Origin: Verrucomicrobiota bacterium
GTDB lineage: Bacteria > Verrucomicrobiota > Verrucomicrobiia > Limisphaerales > JAKPVM01
DNA length: 33,066 nt
Reading direction: 5' to 3'
Assembly: GCA_039793825.1 (NCBI GenBank)
Contig: JBAMMJ010000036.1
Location: forward strand, 25,135 to 58,200
A program made the translations under genes and the position numbers. Numbering within the stretch: position 1 is the first letter of the stretch; every line of letters starts with the position of its first letter. This document shows, piece by piece, positions 1-9,636 of this stretch. A model generated the notes under the pieces. It worked only from the letters and a program-made list of their open reading frames with translations, did not search any database and was not told where the DNA came from.

Positions 1-106
1 TACATATCCTTCAAGAGTAAAATGCGCTATGCTACCCTGGCATGCCTTAATGGCTGCCATTGACGGCAAGAACCAGACTGTCACCACTGAAAACGATCAT
101 ACATAA
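1..106 (+). CDS. 3' end of a SufU/IscU-like Fe-S scaffold / sulfur-acceptor gene (partial, runs off the window start)
   Basis: Frame 2 reads TYPSRVKCAMLPWHALMAAIDGKNQTVTTENDHT and stops at TAA 104-106. K-C-A-x-L-x-W-x-A-L is the C-terminal conserved Cys motif of SufU/IscU-type proteins. Its position directly upstream of sufT and sufS fits this call. Confidence 0.5.
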   Translation, partial: TYPSRVKCAMLPWHALMAAIDGKNQTVTTENDHT

Positions 107-121
107 ACCTAACCTCTACCT

Positions 122-697
122 ATGGGCAACATTAAGACAACAATTTTATTAAGAGATGTAGAAGCGACAAGGGTTCCTTCTGGCGAACGCGTTATTCTGG
201 CAAAAGGCGAAGAAGCAAAAATTTTCCAGTACCTCGGGAACAACTATACTGTTATTGTTCAGGGAAATATGTTTATGATTGACGGCAAAAATGCGGACGC
301 CATTGGAATTGAAAAAAACAGCCAGCCCCCCTCTAACCAGCCTGTTGAAGTCAAACAACAGGTTGAACAACAATTTACTCAGGAAGACATTGAACGCCAG
401 GTATGGGAAGCCCTGAAAAATTGCTACGATCCTGAAATCCCGGTTAATATTGTTGACCTTGGTCTTATATACGATTGCAAAGTTGAACCGCTGAATGAAG
501 GCGGTTATAAAGTTGATGTCAAAATGACTCTCACCGCACCCGGTTGCGGTATGGGACCGATGATTGCTCAGGACGTTCAGAATAAAATTATTTCAATTGA
601 AGGGGTGCAGGAGGCAAATGTTGAACTGGTCTGGGACCCGCCCTGGAGTCAAGAAATGATGACCGAAGCCGCAAGACTGCAGTTAGGACTTTTATGA
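122..697 (+). CDS. sufT: SufT-type Fe-S assembly protein (N-terminal domain plus DUF59/MIP18 domain)
   Basis: The 191-aa ORF has a C-terminal half, YDPEIPVNIVDLGLIY...MTLTAPGCGMGP...VELVWDPPW, that carries the DUF59 signature. Its length, its N-terminal extension and its SUF context match the long SufT class. Confidence 0.75.
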   Translation: MGNIKTTILLRDVEATRVPSGERVILAKGEEAKIFQYLGNNYTVIVQGNMFMIDGKNADAIGIEKNSQPPSNQPVEVKQQVEQQFTQEDIERQVWEALKNCYDPEIPVNIVDLGLIYDCKVEPLNEGGYKVDVKMTLTAPGCGMGPMIAQDVQNKIISIEGVQEANVELVWDPPWSQEMMTEAARLQLGLL

Positions 698-735
698 TAA
701 TATTGTTCCGCTATTTGTAAAAAGTCAGATTTAAG

Positions 736-2058
736 ATGAATCGCCCATATCAAAAACAGCTTAATGAAGAAATGCAAAACGAGGCTTTAAAATCAACTTT
801 GCGCCCAAACCAACAACAGACAAAGCCAATCAACCCTCCCGATTTTAAGGCGCTCCGCAACGATTTTCCCATCCTGAACCAAACCGTTCACGGTCATCCG
901 TTGATATATTTTGACAATGCAGCGACAAGCCAGAAACCAATTTGTGTGATAGAAGCTATCCGAAATTATTATTTAAACTATAACGCAAACGTTCATCGTG
1001 GTATCCACGAACTTAGCACCCGCGCAACGATTGCCTATGAAAAGGCTCGCGAACGGGTAGCAACTTTTATAAATGCTGCTTCATCCGATGAAATTATTTT
1101 TACCCGCGGGACCACAGAAGCAATAAACCTTGTCGCACATTCCTGGGGTCTCTCCAATTTGAAACGCGGAGATAAAATTCTGCTCACCGAAATGGAACAT
1201 CATAGCAATATTGTTCCCTGGCAGATAGTTGCAGAACGCACAGGCGCCGAAATTACTTATGTCCCGATTACTGGCGATGAAGGCTATCTTGACCTTGATG
1301 CCTTTGAAAAACTACTGACAGCGCAGGTGAAAATATTTTCGTTTGTTCATATATCAAACTCGCTCGGGACAATCAATCCTGTTAAAGAATTGTGCAAAAA
1401 AGCCAGGAACCTTGGAATTATCACGCTGGTGGATGCGGCTCAAAGCGCTGGACATTACCCCATTGATGTGCAGGATATTGGCTGCGATTTTCTCGCATTT
1501 TCGGGCCATAAAATTTGCGGACCCACTGGAATAGGCGTTTTGTACGGACGATATGAACTACTTGAAAAAATGAGTCCATATCAGGGTGGCGGAGAAATGA
1601 TTTTATCTGTTGACTACTATAAAACAACATACAAAAAACCGCCACACAGGTTTGAAGCTGGTACCCCGGATATATCTGGACCTATCGGTTTAAATGCCGC
1701 AATGGATTATTTAGACTCAATTGGACGCGACCATATTTTCAATCACGACCAGCAACTTGCGCAATATGCTTATGATAGATTAAAAGAATTGCCAGGCATA
1801 AGAATCTTTGGACCACCAAAAAATCGCGGCGGGCTTGTCAGTTTCGCTTTAAAGGATGTTCACGCCCACGATGTAGTGACCGTCGCTGACCAATTCGGTG
1901 TTGCATTGAGAGGCGGACATCATTGCACACAGCCGCTGATGAAAAAACTTGGCGTAGAATCCACAGCCCGGGCAAGTTTCTACTTCTACAACACCCGAGA
2001 AGAAGTAGATAAATTCATTGATGTAATAAAAGAAATTCAGCGCTTCTTCTCTACTTAG
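736..2058 (+). CDS. sufS: Cysteine desulfurase SufS (class V PLP aminotransferase, group II)
   Basis: The ORF contains YFDNAATSQKP, EHHSNIVPW, the PLP-lysine motif FSGHKICGPTGIGVLYG, and the catalytic-Cys loop RGGHHCTQPL. A Q/N-rich N-terminal extension of about 35 aa precedes the conserved DFPIL start region. Confidence 0.9.
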   Translation: MNRPYQKQLNEEMQNEALKSTLRPNQQQTKPINPPDFKALRNDFPILNQTVHGHPLIYFDNAATSQKPICVIEAIRNYYLNYNANVHRGIHELSTRATIAYEKARERVATFINAASSDEIIFTRGTTEAINLVAHSWGLSNLKRGDKILLTEMEHHSNIVPWQIVAERTGAEITYVPITGDEGYLDLDAFEKLLTAQVKIFSFVHISNSLGTINPVKELCKKARNLGIITLVDAAQSAGHYPIDVQDIGCDFLAFSGHKICGPTGIGVLYGRYELLEKMSPYQGGGEMILSVDYYKTTYKKPPHRFEAGTPDISGPIGLNAAMDYLDSIGRDHIFNHDQQLAQYAYDRLKELPGIRIFGPPKNRGGLVSFALKDVHAHDVVTVADQFGVALRGGHHCTQPLMKKLGVESTARASFYFYNTREEVDKFIDVIKEIQRFFST

Positions 2059-2078
2059 TAAATTGTTCTATTGAACAT

Positions 2079-3401
2079 CTAAATTAATTTTGTTTTTCCC
2101 GGGATGTAAACCGGGTAAGACCCGTCTGGACCGGGTTTCACCGGCGGTTCCATATCGTCGCGGCAATCTTCCGGTTTGGGCGGATAAAAGAAATCGGAAT
2201 TATTAATTTGCTCCCAGCCGACCTCTTTTCCAGTGTAGCAAGAGATTTGACCCATCACGGCAATCATAGTGCTTTTTACCATATAATCGCCGTTATTAAT
2301 TGGATTGCCTGAACGGATAGCAGCGAACAATTTATCGTGTTCAATCTGGTAGGGGTCGCCGTTTGCCTGGGAGCGCCAATTTGTTTCCCCCCAGATTCTG
2401 CAACCCATTATTGAAGCCTTGCCTTTTGTGCCGTGAACAATACTTGAATATTCATCATAACATCCCGTAGTGGTCCTGCAAAAAGCGAACAATTTTATGC
2501 CGTTTGGATATTCATAAATCACCGCATGATGGTCAAACACATTGCCGTAAATCTGCTCTACCATTGACGAGCGCCCGCCCATTCCGTAGCACCTTGTCGG
2601 GGTTAAGCCATTTAACGCCCAGGTTGCCCGGTCAAGGTTGTGAACCAGAGATTGGACAACATCGTCGCCGCTAAGCCAGTTAAAATGATATTGTGTGCTC
2701 AATTGCCATTGTAACTCCGAAAGCGCCGGATTACGTGGTATTACTACGTATGGTGAGCGCAGGAACTTTTCTTCTATCGTCACAATCTCCCCAATGGCTC
2801 CTTCGTGAATCTTCTGAACTGTCTCGGCAAAACCGGGATGATGTCGGCTATGAAGGCCTGAAACCACGCATAATTTTTTCTCCTTGGCAAGTTCGCATGC
2901 CTTCTGGATTAATTTTACTCCTGCGGGGTCTATGCCGTGCGGTTTTTCAACAAATACATGCTTACCGGCTTGAATCGCAGCCATTGTATGGAGCGGATGA
3001 AACTTCGCTGCGTTGGCGATTAAAACAACATCTGAGCTTTCAATTACCCTTTTATACGATTCAAGCCCAACAAAACAGTGGTCGTCATCTACTATCACCT
3101 GGTCAGGACGTTGATTTTTTATCTCTTGACGTTTTGCCTTCACTCTATCCATAAATATATCGCACATTGCCACCAGCCTCGCGCCTGGGTCCGCCTTTAA
3201 AGCCTGCACAGCCGCTCCAGAATTTCTGCCGCCACAACCTATCATCCCAACGCGAATAATATCGCTCCCTGCGGCATAAGCGAATCGCGCCACTTCAAGG
3301 CTCCCAATCCCGACAGCAGATATCGCCGTTGTAGTTGTCTTTAAAAATGAACGACGAGTAATTCCTTCTCTGGACGAACCGTGTTCTGTGTTTTTTTTCA
3401 T
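2079..3401 (-). CDS. Tat-exported Gfo/Idh/MocA-family NAD(P)-dependent oxidoreductase
   Basis: The N-terminus has a twin-arginine motif, ITRRSFLKTTTTAISAVG. It is followed by a Rossmann start (RVGMIGCGGR) and the family motif VFVEKP. Confidence 0.85.
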   Translation of the reverse strand: MKKNTEHGSSREGITRRSFLKTTTTAISAVGIGSLEVARFAYAAGSDIIRVGMIGCGGRNSGAAVQALKADPGARLVAMCDIFMDRVKAKRQEIKNQRPDQVIVDDDHCFVGLESYKRVIESSDVVLIANAAKFHPLHTMAAIQAGKHVFVEKPHGIDPAGVKLIQKACELAKEKKLCVVSGLHSRHHPGFAETVQKIHEGAIGEIVTIEEKFLRSPYVVIPRNPALSELQWQLSTQYHFNWLSGDDVVQSLVHNLDRATWALNGLTPTRCYGMGGRSSMVEQIYGNVFDHHAVIYEYPNGIKLFAFCRTTTGCYDEYSSIVHGTKGKASIMGCRIWGETNWRSQANGDPYQIEHDKLFAAIRSGNPINNGDYMVKSTMIAVMGQISCYTGKEVGWEQINNSDFFYPPKPEDCRDDMEPPVKPGPDGSYPVYIPGKTKLI

Positions 3402-3621
3402 AACCGTTTATTATATAGTAGTATGCATTCACCCATCAATATTATATTTATGCCTATATCATATTTTTCACCTCTTTGTTTAATTAGAATTCTTCATCCT
3501 TTCTGTCTTTATGAAACATAAATATATCCCACACAAACTATTTTTATTAAATATCCCATAGTTTATTTTTTGCTGGTTATAAAGAAGCGGTTTGACTATC
3601 CTGTTCTAAACCTTAACAACT

Positions 3622-6600
3622 ATGGCAATAATTTTTAAAGTCATTTATCTGTTTTTGACTGCTTCATTGCCGAAAAGAGAAGTTTTGTTTTTGTCCATCT
3701 ATACATTACTCTTCCTTAATCTCACGTCGTTCGGGCAATTGAAATGGGAATCCCAAAATTTTGGCGCTTCAGCTGAAGTTGCCCAATACGATAAGAATTC
3801 AAAACCCGGCTTTACACTGCTCCCTCCTGAATCAACAGGCGTATTCTTTACAAATGTTTTGTTTGAAGAAAGGCATTTAACAAACCAAATATTATTAAAT
3901 GGTTCAGGTGTTGCCGCAGGAGATGTTGATGGAGACGGCCTGTGCGACATTTACTTCTGCGGACTTGATTCAAATAACAAACTTTTTAAAAACCTCGGCA
4001 ATTTTAAGTTTAAAGATATAACAGCAGAAGCCGGAGTTGGCTGCACAGGCTGGGATTGCACAGGGGCAGTTTTTGCTGACATAGACGGCGATGGAGATTT
4101 AGACCTAATCGTCAACACAGTCATTCACGGAACGCACATCTTTTTCAATAATGGCAAAGGGGTGTTTGCCGAAAAATCGTGCAATGCTGGTTTGAATGTT
4201 GGGAACTGCGGCACCACGATTGCCCTTGCTGATATTGACGGTGATGGAGACCTTGACCTTTACATAGCAAACTATCGCCCGGTAACATTGAGAGACCAAC
4301 CTAATACACCTATCAAAATTAGTATGGAAGGAGGAAAACCGGTCGTTAAAAGTGTTGGCGGCAGACCCCTTTCGGAACCAGATTTAACCAACCGATTCAC
4401 TTTTCAATTCACAATGACTGAATCAGGTTACACGATGACTCTTGAAGAGAACGGACAACCTGATCTGCTGTGTCTCAATGATGGCAATGGATGTTTTACA
4501 CCTGTGTCCTGGACAGATGGAAGATTCATTGACGAGGACGGAAAACCGCTCGCTTCTCCCCCCTATGACTGGGGTCTGACAGCCTCGTTCAGAGATTTAA
4601 ACCAGGATGGCTTTCCGGATATCTATGTTTGTAATGACTTCAGGTCACCGGATAGAATCTGGATTAACGATGGCAAGGGAAATTTTAAGGCGATCTCCAG
4701 AACCTCAATACGTCATACCTGTCTTTCAAGCATGGGGGCAGACTTTGCAGATATAAACCGAGATGGATTTGACGATATTTTTTCTCTTGATATGCTCGCC
4801 CGCGACCACTACCGCAGATTTACTCAACGGATTGATATGCGCCCGGAAATTCTGCCAATTGGCGTTATAGATAACAGACCACAATACCCCCGAAATATGC
4901 TCCAATTAAATCGCGGCGACGGAACTTACGCTGAAATCGCGCAGTTCTCTGGAATTGAAGCTGCTGAATGGTCATGGATACCGGCTTTTATTGATGTCGA
5001 TCTTGACGGATATGAGGACATTCTAATACCCAATGGCTTTGAACGGGATAATATGAACGTAGATTCGCTTATGCGCATTGAAATGGCAAAGAAAGAAAAA
5101 CGGCTGTCAAACGAAGAACTATTGAGATTAAGAAAAATGTTCCCGCGTCTCACAACTCCGAATATCGCATACAAAAATCTTGGAAACCTTAAGTTTGAAG
5201 AAGTGGGCGCTCAATGGGGATTTAATGCCGAGGTAATATCTCAGAGCATTGCGCTTGCCGACCTTGATAACGACGGCGATTTAGATGTTATCCTTAATAA
5301 CTTAAACACCGTAGCCCATATTTATAGAAATAACGCGCCAAAACCCCGGCTTGGAATAAGGTTAAAAGGCTCACAGAAAAATTCTTTCGGCACAGGCGCA
5401 AGAATTATTATTAAAGGCGGTCCAGTTGTGCAATCTCAGGAAATGATGTGCGGCGGACGCTATCTTTCCTGCGATGATAAAATGCGTGTTTTTGCCACAG
5501 GTTCAGCCTCAAACTTAACCGCTGAAATCCGTTGGCGAGACGGATTTATAACAGTTATATCCAATCTCGTCCCGGATAAAATTTATTTGATAGATGAAAA
5601 CCTCTCTCCAAAAACAGTCTGGCACAAAACAAATGACTCAATACAACCCTTGTTTGTTGACGTGAGCAAATCCATATCTCATTCGCATTATGAAGAGCCT
5701 TTTGACGATTTTTCTATTCAAAAAATGCTCCCCAATAAATTAAGCCAATATGGTCCGGGGGTTGCCTGGTTTGATTTAAATAACGACGGGCTGGACGACT
5801 TAATAATCGGTAGCGGGCGTGGCGGCTCAATCGCTGTCTACCTGAATCAGGGCGATGGCAACTTCATTAAATACTCCACAAATTTCTTAAATGAAGTTCT
5901 CCCCAGAGACATAACAGGAATAGTCTGTCTTAAAGACCAGAACAACCATCCTCTTGTTCTATGTGGCTCGTCAAATTATGAGGACAACGACAATAAGACG
6001 AGCATCTTAAAGATAATTGATTTCACCGATTCAAAAATTTACGAAAACTTTCCCGGACACAATTCAACAATTGGACACATTGCATCGGCGGATATAAACG
6101 GTGACGGCACGCTGGATATTTTTGTCTGTGGATATGTAATTCCGGCAAATTATCCTGCACCTGCATCTTCTTTGCTTTTCATAAACAAAAGCAATAATTG
6201 GATTTTAGATAAAACCAATTCTGCGGTGTTTGACGGGATTGGTCTGGTAAGAAGCGCGGTATTTTCAGACCTTGATAATGATGGAGCCCCGGACTTAATA
6301 CTCGCCTGCGAATGGGGACCAATCAAAATTTTCAAAAATAATAACGGGACTTTCACTCAATGGGACTGGAGGCTAAAAATAGCCGACAACTCGCAATTCA
6401 AAGATGTAATACCGCAAAGTATAAGCGACTTAAAAGGATGGTGGACAGGAATAACAACAGGTGATTTTGACGGCGACGGTTTAATGGATATTGCCGCTGG
6501 AAATTGGGGAAAAAATACAAAATGGGAAAGTTTTCGGTCCTATCCGATCAGAGTCTATTATGGCGATGTTGACGATAACAATGTCATTGATGTTATTGAG

Positions 6601-7431
6601 GCTATCTATGATATACCAACAAAAAGATGGGTCCCGTTCCAGCCATTTAACCTCGTGGGTCTGGCTATACCCACATTGAGACTCAAACTAAATTCATTTG
6701 ATGCATATGCAAAAGCAAGCATAGACGATATTTATGCAGAAACATTGAAAAAAACAAAACTCCTGGAAGCAAATTGGCTTGAATCAACTATCTTCTTAAA
6801 CCGCGGAAATTACTTTGAAGTCATTCAGCTGCCGGACGAAGCGCAATTTTCACCTGTTTTCGCAATTTGCGTTGCGGATTTTGATGGCGATGGCAATGAA
6901 GACCTGTTCTTAAGTCAGAATTTCTTTGCCGTTTCTACTGAGACATCTCGCTATGACGCAGGGCGGGGTCTTATCTTAAAAGGTAATGGTACCGGACGGT
7001 TTACCCCAATGCCGGGCAAAGACAGCGGTATATTAGTATATGGTGAACAGCGTGGGGCGGCAATTTGCGATTATGACACAGATGGCAGAGTGGATATCGT
7101 GGTAACCCAGAATGCCAGCGAAACAAAACTATACAAAAACAGACTCGGCAAACCCGGATTGAGAATCAGGCTAACCGATTCAGGCAATAGAAATGGAGTG
7201 GGCGCAATTTTGAGAATTGCCAATGGCAATAAATTTGGCGCCGCACGTGAAATACATTCTGGTTCAGGATGGTTCTCTCAGGATGCATTGGTTCAAGTTA
7301 TGCAGGCTCCGACAGAAAACGCGCAGATTCAGGTTAGGTGGCAATTCGGTAAAATGCTTACTTATCAAATCCCGCCAAACGCTAAAGAAATATTAATTTC
7401 CCCTGAGGCTGGCTTAAAAGTTATAAAATAA
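3622..7431 (+). CDS. Large secreted FG-GAP/VCBS-repeat protein with two ASPIC/UnbV modules (CRTAC1-like)
   Basis: The 1269-aa product has a hydrophobic N-terminus and many DxDGDGxxD(L/I) Ca-binding FG-GAP repeats (DVDGDGLCDIY, DIDGDGDLDL twice, DLDNDGDLDV, DFDGDGNEDL and others). Two UnbV_ASPIC-like segments occur, GARIIIKGG...QEMMCGGRYLS and GAILRIANG...EIHSGSGWFSQ, so the [FG-GAP xN + ASPIC] unit is internally duplicated. Confidence 0.85.
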   Translation: MAIIFKVIYLFLTASLPKREVLFLSIYTLLFLNLTSFGQLKWESQNFGASAEVAQYDKNSKPGFTLLPPESTGVFFTNVLFEERHLTNQILLNGSGVAAGDVDGDGLCDIYFCGLDSNNKLFKNLGNFKFKDITAEAGVGCTGWDCTGAVFADIDGDGDLDLIVNTVIHGTHIFFNNGKGVFAEKSCNAGLNVGNCGTTIALADIDGDGDLDLYIANYRPVTLRDQPNTPIKISMEGGKPVVKSVGGRPLSEPDLTNRFTFQFTMTESGYTMTLEENGQPDLLCLNDGNGCFTPVSWTDGRFIDEDGKPLASPPYDWGLTASFRDLNQDGFPDIYVCNDFRSPDRIWINDGKGNFKAISRTSIRHTCLSSMGADFADINRDGFDDIFSLDMLARDHYRRFTQRIDMRPEILPIGVIDNRPQYPRNMLQLNRGDGTYAEIAQFSGIEAAEWSWIPAFIDVDLDGYEDILIPNGFERDNMNVDSLMRIEMAKKEKRLSNEELLRLRKMFPRLTTPNIAYKNLGNLKFEEVGAQWGFNAEVISQSIALADLDNDGDLDVILNNLNTVAHIYRNNAPKPRLGIRLKGSQKNSFGTGARIIIKGGPVVQSQEMMCGGRYLSCDDKMRVFATGSASNLTAEIRWRDGFITVISNLVPDKIYLIDENLSPKTVWHKTNDSIQPLFVDVSKSISHSHYEEPFDDFSIQKMLPNKLSQYGPGVAWFDLNNDGLDDLIIGSGRGGSIAVYLNQGDGNFIKYSTNFLNEVLPRDITGIVCLKDQNNHPLVLCGSSNYEDNDNKTSILKIIDFTDSKIYENFPGHNSTIGHIASADINGDGTLDIFVCGYVIPANYPAPASSLLFINKSNNWILDKTNSAVFDGIGLVRSAVFSDLDNDGAPDLILACEWGPIKIFKNNNGTFTQWDWRLKIADNSQFKDVIPQSISDLKGWWTGITTGDFDGDGLMDIAAGNWGKNTKWESFRSYPIRVYYGDVDDNNVIDVIEAIYDIPTKRWVPFQPFNLVGLAIPTLRLKLNSFDAYAKASIDDIYAETLKKTKLLEANWLESTIFLNRGNYFEVIQLPDEAQFSPVFAICVADFDGDGNEDLFLSQNFFAVSTETSRYDAGRGLILKGNGTGRFTPMPGKDSGILVYGEQRGAAICDYDTDGRVDIVVTQNASETKLYKNRLGKPGLRIRLTDSGNRNGVGAILRIANGNKFGAAREIHSGSGWFSQDALVQVMQAPTENAQIQVRWQFGKMLTYQIPPNAKEILISPEAGLKVIK

Positions 7432-7465
7432 AACCGCGAAAAAATAGGGTTTGCCGATAATTGGT

Positions 7466-8488
7466 TTAAAATAAAACTGAAGCGATTTCCTCTATAGATG
7501 CGGTGCCAGTTGTCCCCAATTTATGAATTACGATAAATGCTGCCGCTGTTGCAATTTGGATTGATTCAGCCAACGTTGCTCCTGCGGCTAACGCGGAGAT
7601 TAAATTTGCAGTTACGGCATCCCCTGCCCCGACGATATCAATTTCTCCTTTTGGCGGCAATGCGGGCTGATATTGCGTCTCTCCTGAGGCTGTTGCGCCA
7701 ATCATTCCACGTTCGCCCATAGTCACAAAAATCATATTCCCGGTTTTTTTTGTCAATTCTCGCGCGGCTTTTCCTATTTCCTCAATATCAGACCTAATCT
7801 CTCTGCCAACTAATTTGTATAGTTCGTTTATATTCATTTTATAAATCAAAGGTGGAAAATTCTTTAATCCCCGACGACTATCTGCAATTATGGGAAAATT
7901 CGGATTTTGCAAAGAAAATTTGCCCAACGAATTCAATACCCTCTCTGTAATAACCCCAGTGTCAGCAACATCTACCTGTTCCAACACAGCAGCCGCGTCG
8001 GATATTTTAAACGTCTCCGAAATAAATTCTATTATTTTATCCTCAACCGATTCTGGGGTCGGCGTCCAATTCTTAAAATCAAGGCGGTTTAACTCCTCTG
8101 GCGGTCTATTTTCTGAAACAATTAAAGGCTTGCAATAAGTGAATGTGCGTCGCAAAGGGGTTCTAATAAAATAACTTAAATCAACATTTTTGAGCGACAA
8201 CAATGAGTTATAAAGCTCATACCCCTCACCATCTGTTCCACAAAAGCCAATAGGAATTATTTTGCCGATGCCTAACGCCACAAGATTATTCAGGATTGTT
8301 CCGGCGCCCCCCGGTTGAGCCCTTACTTTTACCACATTGTAAACCTCAAGACCGGTTTCCAGAGATGTCTCTTTTAACTCAGGGTCAATTTCCAGATATC
8401 TGTCCAGACAAAAATCCCCAACAACAGCAATTCGCAAATCCTTATACCGACCTGTCAATTCCTTAAACCGATTATATTCAATTTTCAT
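7466..8488 (-). CDS. PfkB-family sugar/sugar-phosphate kinase, RfaE/HldE domain-I-like
   Basis: IAVVGDFCLDRYLE...VVKVRAQPGGAGTILNNLVALG resembles the N-terminus of heptose-7-phosphate kinases. The PfkB signature 2 is present as DIVGAGDAVTANL. It is the last gene of a three-gene operon. Confidence 0.75.
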   Translation of the reverse strand: MKIEYNRFKELTGRYKDLRIAVVGDFCLDRYLEIDPELKETSLETGLEVYNVVKVRAQPGGAGTILNNLVALGIGKIIPIGFCGTDGEGYELYNSLLSLKNVDLSYFIRTPLRRTFTYCKPLIVSENRPPEELNRLDFKNWTPTPESVEDKIIEFISETFKISDAAAVLEQVDVADTGVITERVLNSLGKFSLQNPNFPIIADSRRGLKNFPPLIYKMNINELYKLVGREIRSDIEEIGKAARELTKKTGNMIFVTMGERGMIGATASGETQYQPALPPKGEIDIVGAGDAVTANLISALAAGATLAESIQIATAAAFIVIHKLGTTGTASIEEIASVLF

Positions 8489-8509
8489 ATAATATTTAGC
8501 AACGCTCTG

Positions 8510-9622
8510 TTACTCTTTAATCAACGTGTGATAGAGATTATGCAAAAACAAGATATTATCGCACTGGACATAATGCATTGCGCCGCCCATACGAGAGAAA
8601 CTCTTACAAAACCTCAGATAATAGGCTGGATTATCCTTTGGTGGCTCTCCCGCGCTCCAATCCCATCTCCCTCCGTCCTGAATATCAACCACATAAATCG
8701 TATGACCTGAAACGACAGGACGGGACGATTGCAACCTTAAGTTGTTAACACAGGACATTGCCTTTTCAAAAACCTGCGGTGCCATAACAGCTGAACCGAT
8801 GCAAATGACCACGCCGTTATCAAGGTTGTCTATTGCACGACAAATCATTCTGAAATCAAGATAAGCCGCCCTGCCAACCACTGCACCGTTATACATTGGA
8901 TGGTTCGTTATTATATCGTAGCCGATTCCGGGATGAATAGTTAAAGGAATCTTTTTTAAATAAGAATGTCCAAGCACCGAAACATTTCTGTATGGATGTA
9001 TCACAATATGATGTCCGGGCTTTATGTTGAATTTTCGCATTGTATAAATCAAATCCATCCTTGCAGCATTCAATTCGTCAAAAGGATTTCCCTCAACCTG
9101 TTTAATTAAATCCTCTAACGATGGTAAATAAATACCGTCTTCCTGAATAAATCTGCCAAGAGACCTTCCATATCCATCGCCGCGAATCCCGCCTGCGAGC
9201 AAAGCAAGCATTGTATAGCGTCCAGTTTCGTCCCACGCTCCAAATATGCCCCTGGCAACGTTTGCCCTTACATCCTCGGTTGAACATCCCAGATATGAAA
9301 ATTCCCAATCGTGAATAGTTCCCGCTCCATTGGTTGCAAGATGCGTAACAAAACCTCTGTCCATTAAATGATTTAACAAAAGTTGTCCTCCATTCTTTAT
9401 CAAATGCGCCCCATACATCACAATAATAGATGCCTTGCTTGCGCGCGCCTTTTTAATCTTTTCAGCGCAGTCAAAAATTTGTTCCCGCACTTTTTCATCG
9501 CACCTTTGCGGAAAATCTGCAGGCTCAACCAGAATCTCCTTAAGACGGCTCTTATGGTCTCTTGACCGCAATGGGTAAACTTTCAGTTTATCAAGATTCA
9601 ATGGTTCAGGATAATTTTTCAT
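8510..9622 (-). CDS. Conserved protein with deoxyhypusine-synthase-like (DHS-like NAD-binding fold) features; function unknown
   Basis: The 370-aa ORF is clearly coding. By eye, SIIVMYGAHLIKNGG...FVTHLATNGAGTIHDWEF parallels the DHS block (T)IFLGYTSNLISSG...VDVLVTTAGGVEEDL, and later blocks (KIPLTIHPGIGYD, VVICIGSAVM) parallel DHS IPVFSPALTDGS and MIILGGGV. The fold call has not been verified by any search. Confidence 0.4.
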   Translation of the reverse strand: MKNYPEPLNLDKLKVYPLRSRDHKSRLKEILVEPADFPQRCDEKVREQIFDCAEKIKKARASKASIIVMYGAHLIKNGGQLLLNHLMDRGFVTHLATNGAGTIHDWEFSYLGCSTEDVRANVARGIFGAWDETGRYTMLALLAGGIRGDGYGRSLGRFIQEDGIYLPSLEDLIKQVEGNPFDELNAARMDLIYTMRKFNIKPGHHIVIHPYRNVSVLGHSYLKKIPLTIHPGIGYDIITNHPMYNGAVVGRAAYLDFRMICRAIDNLDNGVVICIGSAVMAPQVFEKAMSCVNNLRLQSSRPVVSGHTIYVVDIQDGGRWDWSAGEPPKDNPAYYLRFCKSFSRMGGAMHYVQCDNILFLHNLYHTLIKE

Positions 9623-9636
9623 CTTTTAAAAATATG

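Noticed and set aside
1-2058. The gene order sufU-sufT-sufS looked like an unusual SUF arrangement.
   Set aside because: Only the tail of the locus is visible, and sufBCD may lie just upstream of the window. SUF gene order is variable across phyla, so this is not informative by itself.
2693-3154. A 153-aa ORF lies antisense inside the Tat-Gfo oxidoreductase gene. Similar antisense or overlapping ORFs occur elsewhere, for example 149-373, 1343-1534, 14310-14669, 15499-16002, 16252-16506, 20779-21039, 29531-29818 and 30319-30606.
   Set aside because: Each lies wholly within a longer ORF that has clear family motifs on the other strand or frame. Their translations are low-complexity or rich in Ser, Arg and Leu, with no recognisable motifs. 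They are typical shadow ORFs.
3402-3621. A 220-bp very AT-rich spacer between the divergent Gfo and FG-GAP genes looked like a possible ncRNA or repeat.
   Set aside because: I saw no inverted repeats, GC-rich helices or direct repeats. It is consistent with an ordinary divergent promoter region.
7432-7465. A possible terminator hairpin between the convergent FG-GAP and PfkB genes (AAACC…GGTTT).
   Set aside because: The stem is only about 5 bp and AT-rich, with a long loop. That is too weak to call.
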